Notes under the pieces: generated by a model | What the model was told of the DNA's origin: nothing | Databases searched by the model: none | What the model saw: the letters and a program-made list of their open reading frames with translations, nothing else | NCBI GenBank assembly: GCA_963677595.1 | Contig: OY782041.1 | Coordinates: forward strand, 672,001 to 736,000 | Direction of reading: 5' to 3' | DNA from: Spirochaetia bacterium | GTDB lineage: Bacteria; Spirochaetota; Spirochaetia; CAKZLE01 | Length of the DNA: 64,000 nt | Part shown: positions 10,133-18,691 of the stretch, piece by piece | Layout: the number at the start of each line of letters is the position of its first letter | Numbering within the stretch: the stretch's first letter is position 1 | Program-made: the position numbers and the translations under genes

Positions 10133-10224
10133 AGGCTTCTCCGTTCATGTGTACACACGTCATTCAGGCAGAACCTGTCAGGCTATTCTAGCCTGTTTAC
10201 GTAAGATAGGAAAGAGGATAGCGG

Positions 10225-11271
10225 CTATTCCGCCTCAGTTGGCCTGATCAGTACCCCCTGATCAGTCACCACTACCACCACATCCCTCATACCCTTGATA
10301 ACAACGGGTTCCTCAGTGTAGTTACATACCATGGCCCCGGAGCAGTCCTGTAATTCTACCGGTGAACCAGAAAACCAGTGGTTCCCCTCCCCATCGGCCT
10401 CCATATAGGGTGTGAGCGATTCCCAGTTGCCGAGATCGTTCCATGCGAGCTCACGGGGAGCCGGGATCAGGAGGATCGATTCGGCGATACGCTCCATGAG
10501 GGCATAATCGATCGATTTATTGAGCCCGGCCTGCTTGATCCGGGTATAGGCTTCAGTCTGGGTCATGGGACTGCCGGGGTCGGCAGCCTCCAGCAGGGGG
10601 GCAAGGATCTCCGGGCATGCTGATCGGGCAGCATCGACGAACACGGATGCCTTGGCAGCGAAGATCCCCGCGTTCCAGTAATACCCGCCCTCAGCCAGGT
10701 AGGATACGGCGGTCTCCCTGTCCGGTTTCTCCACGAAGCGGTCGACCTCGAACAGGCCGTCCTTTCCTGAAGAACCATCTCGCACCTTGATGTAGCCGTA
10801 GTTGGTCTCCGGTTTCGTCGGGCTGATCCCGATGGTCACCACCCGGTCAGTCTGTGCGGCGGAATCGGCAGCCTGTGTGATCAGTCTCCCGAAGAGGGCA
10901 GAGTCCATCTCATGGTCAGCAGGGATGAAGCAGAGCACCTGGTCCTCAGGATGTTCGAGCCCCTCGGTGAAGTAGGACATCGCTGCGGTATAGAGGATCG
11001 CCGCTGCCGTATTGCAGCCGAAGGGCTCATCAAGTACCGTGATCTCCCGTCCCAGCTGTTCCGCCTGGGCCCCGACGGCCTCCACATACCGGGCTTCCGG
11101 TATGACCATAAGGCGAAAGGATTCCGGTATTCTCCGGATCGTCTTCTGCAGCAGGGTCTCTCCCTTGATCACGGAGAGGAACTGTTTCGGCAGTCTACCC
11201 CCATCTGTCCTGGAGAGGGGAAAGAGTCTCGTCCCGCCTCCGCCGGCCATAATGCATACGGTATGTCTCAT
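10225..11271 (-). CDS. manC: Mannose-1-phosphate guanylyltransferase
   Basis: IMAGGGGTRLFPLSR, PKQF, NTA, PADH, YGYI, FVEKP, WNAGIF, SIDYALME, WNDLGNW. Confidence 0.9.
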   Translation of the reverse strand: MRHTVCIMAGGGGTRLFPLSRTDGGRLPKQFLSVIKGETLLQKTIRRIPESFRLMVIPEARYVEAVGAQAEQLGREITVLDEPFGCNTAAAILYTAAMSYFTEGLEHPEDQVLCFIPADHEMDSALFGRLITQAADSAAQTDRVVTIGISPTKPETNYGYIKVRDGSSGKDGLFEVDRFVEKPDRETAVSYLAEGGYYWNAGIFAAKASVFVDAARSACPEILAPLLEAADPGSPMTQTEAYTRIKQAGLNKSIDYALMERIAESILLIPAPRELAWNDLGNWESLTPYMEADGEGNHWFSGSPVELQDCSGAMVCNYTEEPVVIKGMRDVVVVVTDQGVLIRPTEAE

Positions 11272-11278
11272 AGATTAC

Positions 11279-11307
11279 ACTCTACGATAACATTAGAATT
11301 ACGTCAA
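11279..11307 (-). promoter_or_regulatory. sigma70-type promoter of manC (TTGACG-N17-TAGAGT), 7 nt from ATG
   Basis: Direct sequence match; no SD between -10 and ATG. Confidence 0.6.
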
Positions 11308-12099
11308 TCAGCATGAGGAGAAGAAACCGGCCATCCGGTCCATCGCACGCTCCCTCGAAGCGGTATCGGGGTCATAGGGGACCAGGTGTGAGGCATCGGG
11401 CAAATGGAGGATTTCGACCCTGCCCGGAATCCGCTTCTTGAGGTATGGCCCGACGGCTTCGGGGACAGTAGGGTCCTTCCCGCCGGTCATGACAAGCAGG
11501 TCAGCGGTGACCCGCGAAAGTCCACGGTTCGCCTTCACCTGCAGCCGGCGCATCTCGTTGAGTTTCCGGAAGTTGAGCCAGCCCCAGTACTCATGGCCGA
11601 GGAACTCATCATCACCGGGGTCCCGGTCGTCGAAGAAGGTGACGGAGGGGTCAGACTTCCAGGGGATCACCATACGGTGGCGAAACAGGCTCACGAGACC
11701 TATCAGGGGAAAACTCCTCTGGGAGAGCTGAACAGCAGGTGCCATCAGCACCATCTTCCCGACCTCGAACTCCTCCGCGAGCAGCAGTGCCAGGAGCCCG
11801 CCCATCGAGTGCCCCAGGAGATGGACCGTCGGGTAGACCGCGGCAAGATCCAGGTAGGCTTCCCGTGCGGCGGTATACCAGTCCCGGCCGGTCGACCGGT
11901 CGAAATCCTCCTGGCAGGTCCCGTGCCCCGGGAGCCGCGGGACCACCACGGAGAAGCCCTGGTCAACCAGCCGTCCTGCCGGCAGGGCAAGTTCCCCGGG
12001 ATACCCGCCGAACCCGTGCAGCCCGAGGACAGCGGCTTTCGCATCGGGGAGGTGGCGGCCCATCGGCATGGCGCATCTCCGTACCGGTATACTCCTCAT
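11308..12099 (-). CDS. Alpha/beta hydrolase (carboxylesterase/lipase)
   Basis: LHGFGG, LPGHG, GHSMGG nucleophile elbow, D and H of the triad (KDPTV, ASHL). Confidence 0.9.
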   Translation of the reverse strand: MRSIPVRRCAMPMGRHLPDAKAAVLGLHGFGGYPGELALPAGRLVDQGFSVVVPRLPGHGTCQEDFDRSTGRDWYTAAREAYLDLAAVYPTVHLLGHSMGGLLALLLAEEFEVGKMVLMAPAVQLSQRSFPLIGLVSLFRHRMVIPWKSDPSVTFFDDRDPGDDEFLGHEYWGWLNFRKLNEMRRLQVKANRGLSRVTADLLVMTGGKDPTVPEAVGPYLKKRIPGRVEILHLPDASHLVPYDPDTASRERAMDRMAGFFSSC

Positions 12100-12106
12100 A
12101 GCCGCC

Positions 12107-12985
12107 TCAGCACATCAACTCATTGAGCAGGTCGATCCTGCTGCTGACGTGAGTCTTATGGTAGATGTTCGATATATGGTTGTTCACCGTGCTCGTGGAG
12201 ATCTTCAGCTCGCCGGCGATCTCCTTACTGATCAGCCCCTGCTGGATCAGCAGGATGATCTCCCGTTCCCGATCGGTGATGTGGTACTCCTCGATCTTCT
12301 TCTCATCGATCGAGTTCCCTGCCGATTCCGGGATAGTCCGTACATAGTTGAAGAGGTAGACCAGGATGATCAGGGAGGACCAGAAATAGTAGATCGGTAT
12401 GGTGGAGAGCCGCTCGAAGCTGAGGAAGAGGTCGACCACCAGGAAGGGGATCATGAAGGCTGACAGGATGATGAAGGCCCTGCAGATCAGGCGGACATCC
12501 CGGCTCCTGATCGCCCGGAGGTTCTTGATTATGACCCCGAGACAGAAGATGAAGTCCCCGAAGAAGATGAGCCCCATGAGGGACCGCACCAGGAGGCTGA
12601 ACGAGTAGATGCTGCCCAGTACGGCCAGGGCCAGGAAGCCGACCCCCAGCACGGCGAATACGGTCCTGTAGGGGTCACGCCAGGGATGGGCGATGACCCA
12701 GGTAGTGAAATAAGGGATGAAGTAGACCAGGAAGGCTACAGAGAGGTAGAGCAGCCATAACGTGACCAGGTTGAAGAGCGGCGAGAGCCCGCCGTTCAAT
12801 TCCCCGGTGAAGCCCCGCAGCCCGAAGACCAGGAGCAGGAAGGTGATCATCAGCTGGAAGACGAGGTAGTACTTCGTCCAGTCATAATCCTTGCGCAGGT
12901 GGAAGAGGATCGCGAGACAGAGGTTCATCGACCCGACCGAGAACGCCGCGACATACAGGATGATATTGACTGTGAACCAACTCAT
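12107..12985 (-). CDS. Membrane-anchored LuxR-family transcriptional regulator (about 7 TM plus C-terminal HTH)
   Basis: Hydrophobic N-terminal domain; ITDREREII...KEIAGELKISTSTVNNHISNIY; start reassigned to MSWFTV. Confidence 0.85.
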   Translation of the reverse strand: MSWFTVNIILYVAAFSVGSMNLCLAILFHLRKDYDWTKYYLVFQLMITFLLLVFGLRGFTGELNGGLSPLFNLVTLWLLYLSVAFLVYFIPYFTTWVIAHPWRDPYRTVFAVLGVGFLALAVLGSIYSFSLLVRSLMGLIFFGDFIFCLGVIIKNLRAIRSRDVRLICRAFIILSAFMIPFLVVDLFLSFERLSTIPIYYFWSSLIILVYLFNYVRTIPESAGNSIDEKKIEEYHITDREREIILLIQQGLISKEIAGELKISTSTVNNHISNIYHKTHVSSRIDLLNELMC

Positions 12986-12991
12986 GTATGG

Positions 12992-13021
12992 AGTATAGAC
13001 ACCTCCTTCGGTCCGGGTCAA
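12992..13021 (-). promoter_or_regulatory. Promoter of LuxR regulator (TTGACC-N18-TATACT), 6 nt from ATG
   Basis: Direct sequence match. Confidence 0.55.
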
Positions 13022-13126
13022 GGGGTTCATGAACATACAGCAGTGTGTACGAACAGACCGGCAATCTTCGGAGCTTTCCTTCTGATCCTCATGTGATCGT
13101 GGTATAGTATGCACAGGAGGAAACGC

Positions 13127-13345
13127 ATGGAAGACAACCTGGCAATCGATGACGATCTCCTAGCCCTGGCCTGGCAGCTTGCCGGTCTCAAGACGAAAGA
13201 GGAGACGGTCAATCAGGCACTGAAGGAATTTGTGCAGCACAGACAGCAAAAAGCGTTGATAGACCTGTTCGGGACAATTGAGTATGACCAGGATTATGAT
13301 CATGCACACCTGAGAAACAGGAGAGCTGACAGACAACATCAGTGA
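13127..13345 (+). CDS. Type II antitoxin, VapB-like (RHH); no intact toxin downstream
   Basis: NLAIDDDLL...LKTKEETVNQALKEFV...LFGTIEYD; AGGAGG SD at 13115-13120. Confidence 0.75.
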   Translation: MEDNLAIDDDLLALAWQLAGLKTKEETVNQALKEFVQHRQQKALIDLFGTIEYDQDYDHAHLRNRRADRQHQ

Positions 13346-13391
13346 ACCTGAAAGAATTGCTTTAGCCGCCAGTCAGTGGTACGCTTAAGGG

Positions 13392-13865
13392 ATGAAGAAA
13401 CGAACGGTACTACGGATCACGGCAGTCTCGCTTGTACTGATCAGCGAACTGCTCTTCACCCTCCTCTTCTCAGGCAGGTATGAAGCCGCCACAGGGGGCA
13501 AGTCATTCCTTGACATGGCACCGATCTTCAGTAGTAAAGCCCTGCAGGAGTATGTCCGTTCATTATCTGCAGAGGCGGTGCGGATCTATACCTCTATGCA
13601 GGTCCTCGACCTCATCTTCCCGCTGATCTATACGTTTACGCTGATCCTCTTCATCCCCGGGAGACCGGGATCCCGCTGGCTATACATCCCAGCGATCGCC
13701 GGGATGGCCTTCGACTACTGCGAGAACCTGGTCATCTACCGCCTGCTCCACTTCGGCACGGCAGGCATCATCACGCCGCTGCTCCCCTGGGTGACAGTAC
13801 TCAAGTTCTCATGCATCGGGATCACGCTCCTGGCTGTGATCCTTCACAGGATCCCAAGGCGGTGA
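13392..13865 (+). CDS. Hypothetical membrane protein (about 4 TM)
   Basis: Hydrophobic ORF with LDLIFPLIY and FDYCEN motifs. Confidence 0.75.
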   Translation: MKKRTVLRITAVSLVLISELLFTLLFSGRYEAATGGKSFLDMAPIFSSKALQEYVRSLSAEAVRIYTSMQVLDLIFPLIYTFTLILFIPGRPGSRWLYIPAIAGMAFDYCENLVIYRLLHFGTAGIITPLLPWVTVLKFSCIGITLLAVILHRIPRR

Positions 13866-14692
13866 TTCTTTATATAGGAATACTCAATCTCCTTGAAGGC
13901 AGCATGGAGCCGTTCAGTGTTGGGGAAGGACGACCCTAAGACGGTGTCGTCGATCATGGAGACTGGCATGGCACCCATGCTCGTGCTCGAGATGAAGAAC
14001 TCATCGAAGAACCCTTCCGTCAGCTCCTGAAGGCTCGTCTCGGTGAAGGCTATGGCCATACCCAGCCCTTCAGCTGCTTCGAGGATGTGCTTCCGGGTGA
14101 CACCGGCGAGTACCCCCGACCCGGGAGTATAGAGGGTATCATCCCTTATCCCGAAGACATTGCTGCGGGTCCCCTCTATCGCCATGCCGTACCTGTCCAC
14201 GAGGACAGCCTCGAAAGCCCCCCGGGAGTTCGCCTCCCGCAGGGCGAGGTAGTTCAGCAGCAGGCAGTTCGACTTCACTTCCGGCTCGATCCGCTCCCCG
14301 TGGTAGGAGATGACCCTCACCCCTTCAGCGTACTGGTCGTCTGTATAGGTCGGCAGCTGCTGGGAGAAGACGAAGAGGTAGGGATGGTCCCCGCCCACGA
14401 GCTGGATCCTGAGCGATGCCTCTTCCAGGCCGTCGGTGAAGATGAGCCGGTAGACCGCATCGGTCAGGAGTGCCCCGTCGAAGTGGTGTGGCATCCCCAG
14501 TTCCACGGCAGAGGTGAAGAGCCTGTCGATATGGTCCTGGAGGAAGAGCGGTATCCCCTCGGAGACCTTGATCGATTCATAGACACTGAAATTGAAGAAG
14601 ACCTCCCGGATCGAGAGCGGCAGGACCGCTTCTGATTCCGGTATCAGCTCATACCCCTTCAGGGCATGCCTGTTCTGATCGGTACTGTTCAT
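13844..14692 (-). CDS. PLP-dependent aminotransferase class IV (BCAT/DAAT/ADC-lyase family)
   Basis: VYESIKV, HIDRL, VKS, EGTRSNVF, LAGVTR, EFFISST. Confidence 0.88.
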   Translation of the reverse strand: MNSTDQNRHALKGYELIPESEAVLPLSIREVFFNFSVYESIKVSEGIPLFLQDHIDRLFTSAVELGMPHHFDGALLTDAVYRLIFTDGLEEASLRIQLVGGDHPYLFVFSQQLPTYTDDQYAEGVRVISYHGERIEPEVKSNCLLLNYLALREANSRGAFEAVLVDRYGMAIEGTRSNVFGIRDDTLYTPGSGVLAGVTRKHILEAAEGLGMAIAFTETSLQELTEGFFDEFFISSTSMGAMPVSMIDDTVLGSSFPNTERLHAAFKEIEYSYIKNHRLGIL

Positions 14693-14708
14693 ATGCCGCT
14701 TGAACCTC

Positions 14709-17204
14709 TTAATGCTCGGTATCTGTCATTCTCAGGATCTCCCGAGGCTGACTGCCCCGGGCGGGACCGACGATGCCGCGCTCCTCCATCTCCTCGATCA
14801 GGCGGGCCGCACGGTTGTAGCCGATCTTCAGCCGTCTCTGGAGATAGGATGCAGAAGCGCTGTTTCGGCTGTAGACGATCTTCAGGGCTTCGTCCATGAG
14901 CGGGTCCCCGGTACTCTCCTCGAGCTCGACATCCTCATCCTCGAAATTCTCATCATCCCAGAAGAGCTCCTCCTCGAGGTAATCAGGCTCCCCGTTGAGC
15001 TTCACCTGCTCGACAATGCGCTCGACCTCCTCCTCGGAGAGGAACGAACCCTGGATTCGCGAGAGGGAGGGGTCCCAGGATGAGGAGAAGAGCATATCGC
15101 CGCGGCCGAGCAGCTTCTCTGCCCCGGCCTGGTCGAGGATGATCCTTGAATCGGTGTTGCTGGTGACCATGAAGGCGATCCTGGACGGGATGTTCGCCTT
15201 GATGATCCCCGTGATGACATTGGTGGAAGGCCGCTGGGTCGCGAGGACCAAGTGGATCCCGACAGCACGCGCCATCGCGGCGAGCCGTGCAAGATAGGTC
15301 TCCATCTCCTTGCCCGCAGTCGTCATGAGGTCTGCGAACTCATCGATCACCAGGACGATGTAGGGCAGCTTCTCCTTCGCGTACTCCTTCTCACGAATCC
15401 GCTTGTTGTACGTCTTGATGTCACGTACGTTGAGGTGGTCAAGCAGTTCATACCGCCTCTCCATCTCATAGATGCAGTACTGCAGGGCCTTGATCGCCTT
15501 CTTCGATTCGGTGATCACCGGCGTCAGCAGGTGCGGGATGTCGTTATAGAGCTTGAGCTCGACGATCTTGGGATCGACCATCATCAGCCTGACATCCTTG
15601 GGGGACCGCCGGTAGAGGATCGAGCAGATCAGGGAGTTCACGCAGACCGACTTACCTGACCCGGTAGCCCCGGCGATCAGGAGGTGTGGAGTCTTCACCA
15701 GGTCGATGACCTGGGACTCCCCCGTTATATCTTTGCCGAGGACGATCGGTATCTCATAATCGGCATGCTCATCCACTGCGGTGAGCATCTCCTTGAAGGA
15801 GACGATCGACCGCTTCTTGTTCGGCACCTCGATCCCTACCGCCTGTTTCCCGGGGATCGGCGCTACGATACGCACCCGGGAAGCGGCAAGCTGCAGGGCG
15901 ATGTTGTCTGCGAGACCGGTGATAGCCTGTACCCGGATCCCGGGAGCAGGGAGGATCTCATACATCGTCACTACCGGCCCCTTCTGGATGCCGGTGAGCT
16001 CCGCATCGATCTTGAACTCCTTCAGGGTCTTCATGAGGACCTCCCCGGAGACCCTCGTGAGCCTGTCGATATCACTCGAGATGTCGGGGTAGGTGTCGAG
16101 CACGTCCTCAGGGGGGAAGACGTAGCCAAGGGCACGGAGGCCGGTGGCGAGTCTCGCCTCATCAGGCACGTTCGCCGACTCCGTGATCGAGCTCTGGATC
16201 TTCGTCAGCCTTCCCGCTATATCAGGGCGCTTCCGGTTCTCGAACTCAGGGTTCTCCGGCGGGATCTTGTGTACCACATGCTCCCCTATGGTGATCCTCT
16301 CGGGCTCCTCGGCTGTAGGTTCGGCTGGTTCCTCAGCCGGTTTCTCGAGCCTGATCGCATGGAGCCTTCCCTTCATGGGAATATCGTCCCGGGAAGGCTT
16401 GACTGGCTCCGCAGCCGCAGGCTGCTCTTCCCCGGAGGGGTCGACCTCATCGATCGTCTGCTCAGGCTCCTCTTCAGGCTCTTCCGGTAGGTCGAACATG
16501 GTGGTCTGCACCTTCTGCAGTACGGGGAGGTCAGGGAGGTCGGGGAAGGTGAGCCGCAGGTCCGAGGGGTCAGCCTCCCTCTCATCCGGGACAGCCAGCT
16601 TCAACTCCTGCCGTTTCCGCTGCTTCTCCTCCTCGATATCATCGAGGAGCTGCCGTGGCTGACTGCCGAGCGAAGTGTTGTCTGAATCATCGTTCCCATT
16701 GAGCGCGTAGTTCTTGCCGCGCCTCTTCGAAGCCTTCCCGAACAGAGTCATCGACCAGAGCAGGAAGAGGATAAGTTCCAGGACCAGGACCACGAGGAGG
16801 ATCTTGGAGCCAGACTTCACCCCGATCATCCGTTCTATCCACTGGGCAAGGGCAGTCTCCGTGGGGCCTGTCTGCAGGTGGAGGAAACCGACGATCGTCG
16901 CATAAGGGATCGCGGTGAAGGGGAAGATCGCCTGGTAGGGGTGATGCTCGTCAATATAGAGGGCGAAGAACCCGCAGAACACGAGATACGCCGGGAATGC
17001 CCAGACCGTCTGCAGGAACAGGGACCTGAGCAGGGTATCTGCCTCCAGGACGAAGCCCGGGAGCGGCAGGGAGACCATGGGACTGCTGAGGATCAGGACC
17101 GCCAGGGTGCCGATCCCAAGAATAAAGAATAGTGTCGCTGCACTTATGCGGAAGCCTCGTCCTTTCACGTATTCCCCCTCCACCGGTTCGTTAGGTCTCC
17201 CCAT
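14709..17204 (-). CDS. ftsK: DNA translocase FtsK
   Basis: N-terminal TMs, PHLLIAGATGSGKS, DPKIVEL, IDEFADLM, LATQRPS, gamma domain LQRRLKIGYNRAARL. Confidence 0.96.
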   Translation of the reverse strand: MGRPNEPVEGEYVKGRGFRISAATLFFILGIGTLAVLILSSPMVSLPLPGFVLEADTLLRSLFLQTVWAFPAYLVFCGFFALYIDEHHPYQAIFPFTAIPYATIVGFLHLQTGPTETALAQWIERMIGVKSGSKILLVVLVLELILFLLWSMTLFGKASKRRGKNYALNGNDDSDNTSLGSQPRQLLDDIEEEKQRKRQELKLAVPDEREADPSDLRLTFPDLPDLPVLQKVQTTMFDLPEEPEEEPEQTIDEVDPSGEEQPAAAEPVKPSRDDIPMKGRLHAIRLEKPAEEPAEPTAEEPERITIGEHVVHKIPPENPEFENRKRPDIAGRLTKIQSSITESANVPDEARLATGLRALGYVFPPEDVLDTYPDISSDIDRLTRVSGEVLMKTLKEFKIDAELTGIQKGPVVTMYEILPAPGIRVQAITGLADNIALQLAASRVRIVAPIPGKQAVGIEVPNKKRSIVSFKEMLTAVDEHADYEIPIVLGKDITGESQVIDLVKTPHLLIAGATGSGKSVCVNSLICSILYRRSPKDVRLMMVDPKIVELKLYNDIPHLLTPVITESKKAIKALQYCIYEMERRYELLDHLNVRDIKTYNKRIREKEYAKEKLPYIVLVIDEFADLMTTAGKEMETYLARLAAMARAVGIHLVLATQRPSTNVITGIIKANIPSRIAFMVTSNTDSRIILDQAGAEKLLGRGDMLFSSSWDPSLSRIQGSFLSEEEVERIVEQVKLNGEPDYLEEELFWDDENFEDEDVELEESTGDPLMDEALKIVYSRNSASASYLQRRLKIGYNRAARLIEEMEERGIVGPARGSQPREILRMTDTEH

Positions 17205-17995
17205 TATAGCAATACCAGCCCTATGATACCAAGGGGTATGAGATAGATACTGAAATAATAGAGCCGGCCGGACCCGATCAGCCAGATGAGCATCCTCAGG
17301 CTGAGGTACCCTGAGACCAGGGCTGCAATGAAGCCAGCGGCGACTGCCCCTGGGGACATAGCCTCAGCCAAGGCCCCTGCATCACCGCCGGTGAGGATCA
17401 GCGCACCGATGATCGCTGGGATCGATATGATGAAGGAGAGCTCCCCCGCCCTCTTCCTGTCGATCCCGAGCCAGAGGGCTGAGGAGATGGTGATGCCTGA
17501 CCGGGAGATCCCCGGCAGGGTCCCGAGTCCTTGGGCGATGCCGATCCAGAGCCCGTTCTGGTATCTTGGCTCCTGCTCTGCAGCAGGATGGGTGAACTTC
17601 GTCGATACCAGGACCAGTCCCGTGAAGATGAAGAGGACTGAGACGGATCGCGGGGTATGGAGCATGTCGACTGTCTCGAAGTAGAGTCCGAGACCGGCGG
17701 TCACAGCGGTCCCGATGATGAGCACCACCGTCAGCCGGAGGTAGTACCGGTCATCCTCACCGGCCCTGCCCTTCAGCCCGTGAGCCAGTGCCCGTATGAT
17801 ATACCATATCTGCATGCGGAAGAACCCGATGACCACCAGGAGTGTCGCAATATGCATGAGTACGTCGAAGAGGAGCGGGACACCATCCATGGCGAAGATA
17901 TCCTTCAGCAGCAGCAGGTGCCCCGAACTTGAGACTGGGAGGAATTCTGTCACACCCTGTACGATACCTAATAGGACAGCTCGTATGATTTCCAT
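17204..17995 (-). CDS. uppP: Undecaprenyl-diphosphate phosphatase
   Basis: QGVTEFLPVSSSGH, PGISRSG. Confidence 0.96.
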   Translation of the reverse strand: MEIIRAVLLGIVQGVTEFLPVSSSGHLLLLKDIFAMDGVPLLFDVLMHIATLLVVIGFFRMQIWYIIRALAHGLKGRAGEDDRYYLRLTVVLIIGTAVTAGLGLYFETVDMLHTPRSVSVLFIFTGLVLVSTKFTHPAAEQEPRYQNGLWIGIAQGLGTLPGISRSGITISSALWLGIDRKRAGELSFIISIPAIIGALILTGGDAGALAEAMSPGAVAAGFIAALVSGYLSLRMLIWLIGSGRLYYFSIYLIPLGIIGLVLL

Positions 17996-18001
17996 GGTAC
18001 C

Positions 18002-18030
18002 AGCATACCGGGATTGGGTGACTCGGACAA
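18002..18030 (-). promoter_or_regulatory. Internal promoter for uppP-ftsK (TTGTCC-N17-TATGCT), 6 nt from ATG
   Basis: Direct sequence match; no SD. Confidence 0.5.
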
Positions 18031-18040
18031 GTAGGGTTCT

Positions 18041-18691
18041 TCAGATCCCCTTCGAAAGCATGCAGATCGTACGCTGGGCATCGAGCCGGGGGACCGCATA
18101 GGGCCTGAAGTCGACCTGGTACCCTTCGAGCAGGGTATGATCGACCTCCCCGAGCTCCTTACGGGCTTGGTCGAGCTGTCCCTTGTAGGCGAACATGGCC
18201 CCGCCCGGGGCAAGCAGCCCGTCGAGAACTCCGAAGATCTCCGGGAGCGGCCTGAAGGCCCGGAAGAGCAGGAGATCGAAGGTCCCGGTGACCTCCGTGA
18301 TGTCAGATTGGAGGATGGAGACCCTCTTCGAGAGCCCGGAGGCTGCAAGGGCATTCCGCAGGAACCCGACCCTGCGTCCTGACCGTTCGACGAGGGTGAG
18401 CGGGAGCTCAGGCAGCAGGATAGAGAGCGGGATCCCCGGCATGCCGTTCCCCGAGCCGAGGTCGGCGGCGGCTGAGACCTGATGTGAAGACAGCAGTTCC
18501 AGCAGGATGGGAAGCGGGGCCAGCGAATCGATGATGTGACGATAGATGATCCCCTCATGGTCGGCAGCGATCAGCTTGTAGACAGGATTCCACAGCTCGA
18601 TCTCCGTGAGATACTTCTGCAGGGATTCGAGCTGTCCATCAGCGATGTCGAGCCCAAGGGTTCCCAGGGCTGAGACGAGTCCTCTATCCAC
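18041..18691 (-). CDS. rsmG: 16S rRNA m7G527 methyltransferase
   Basis: RHIIDSL, ADLGSGNGMPGIPL, FRAF; synteny with mnmG. Confidence 0.95.
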   Translation of the reverse strand: MDRGLVSALGTLGLDIADGQLESLQKYLTEIELWNPVYKLIAADHEGIIYRHIIDSLAPLPILLELLSSHQVSAAADLGSGNGMPGIPLSILLPELPLTLVERSGRRVGFLRNALAASGLSKRVSILQSDITEVTGTFDLLLFRAFRPLPEIFGVLDGLLAPGGAMFAYKGQLDQARKELGEVDHTLLEGYQVDFRPYAVPRLDAQRTICMLSKGI

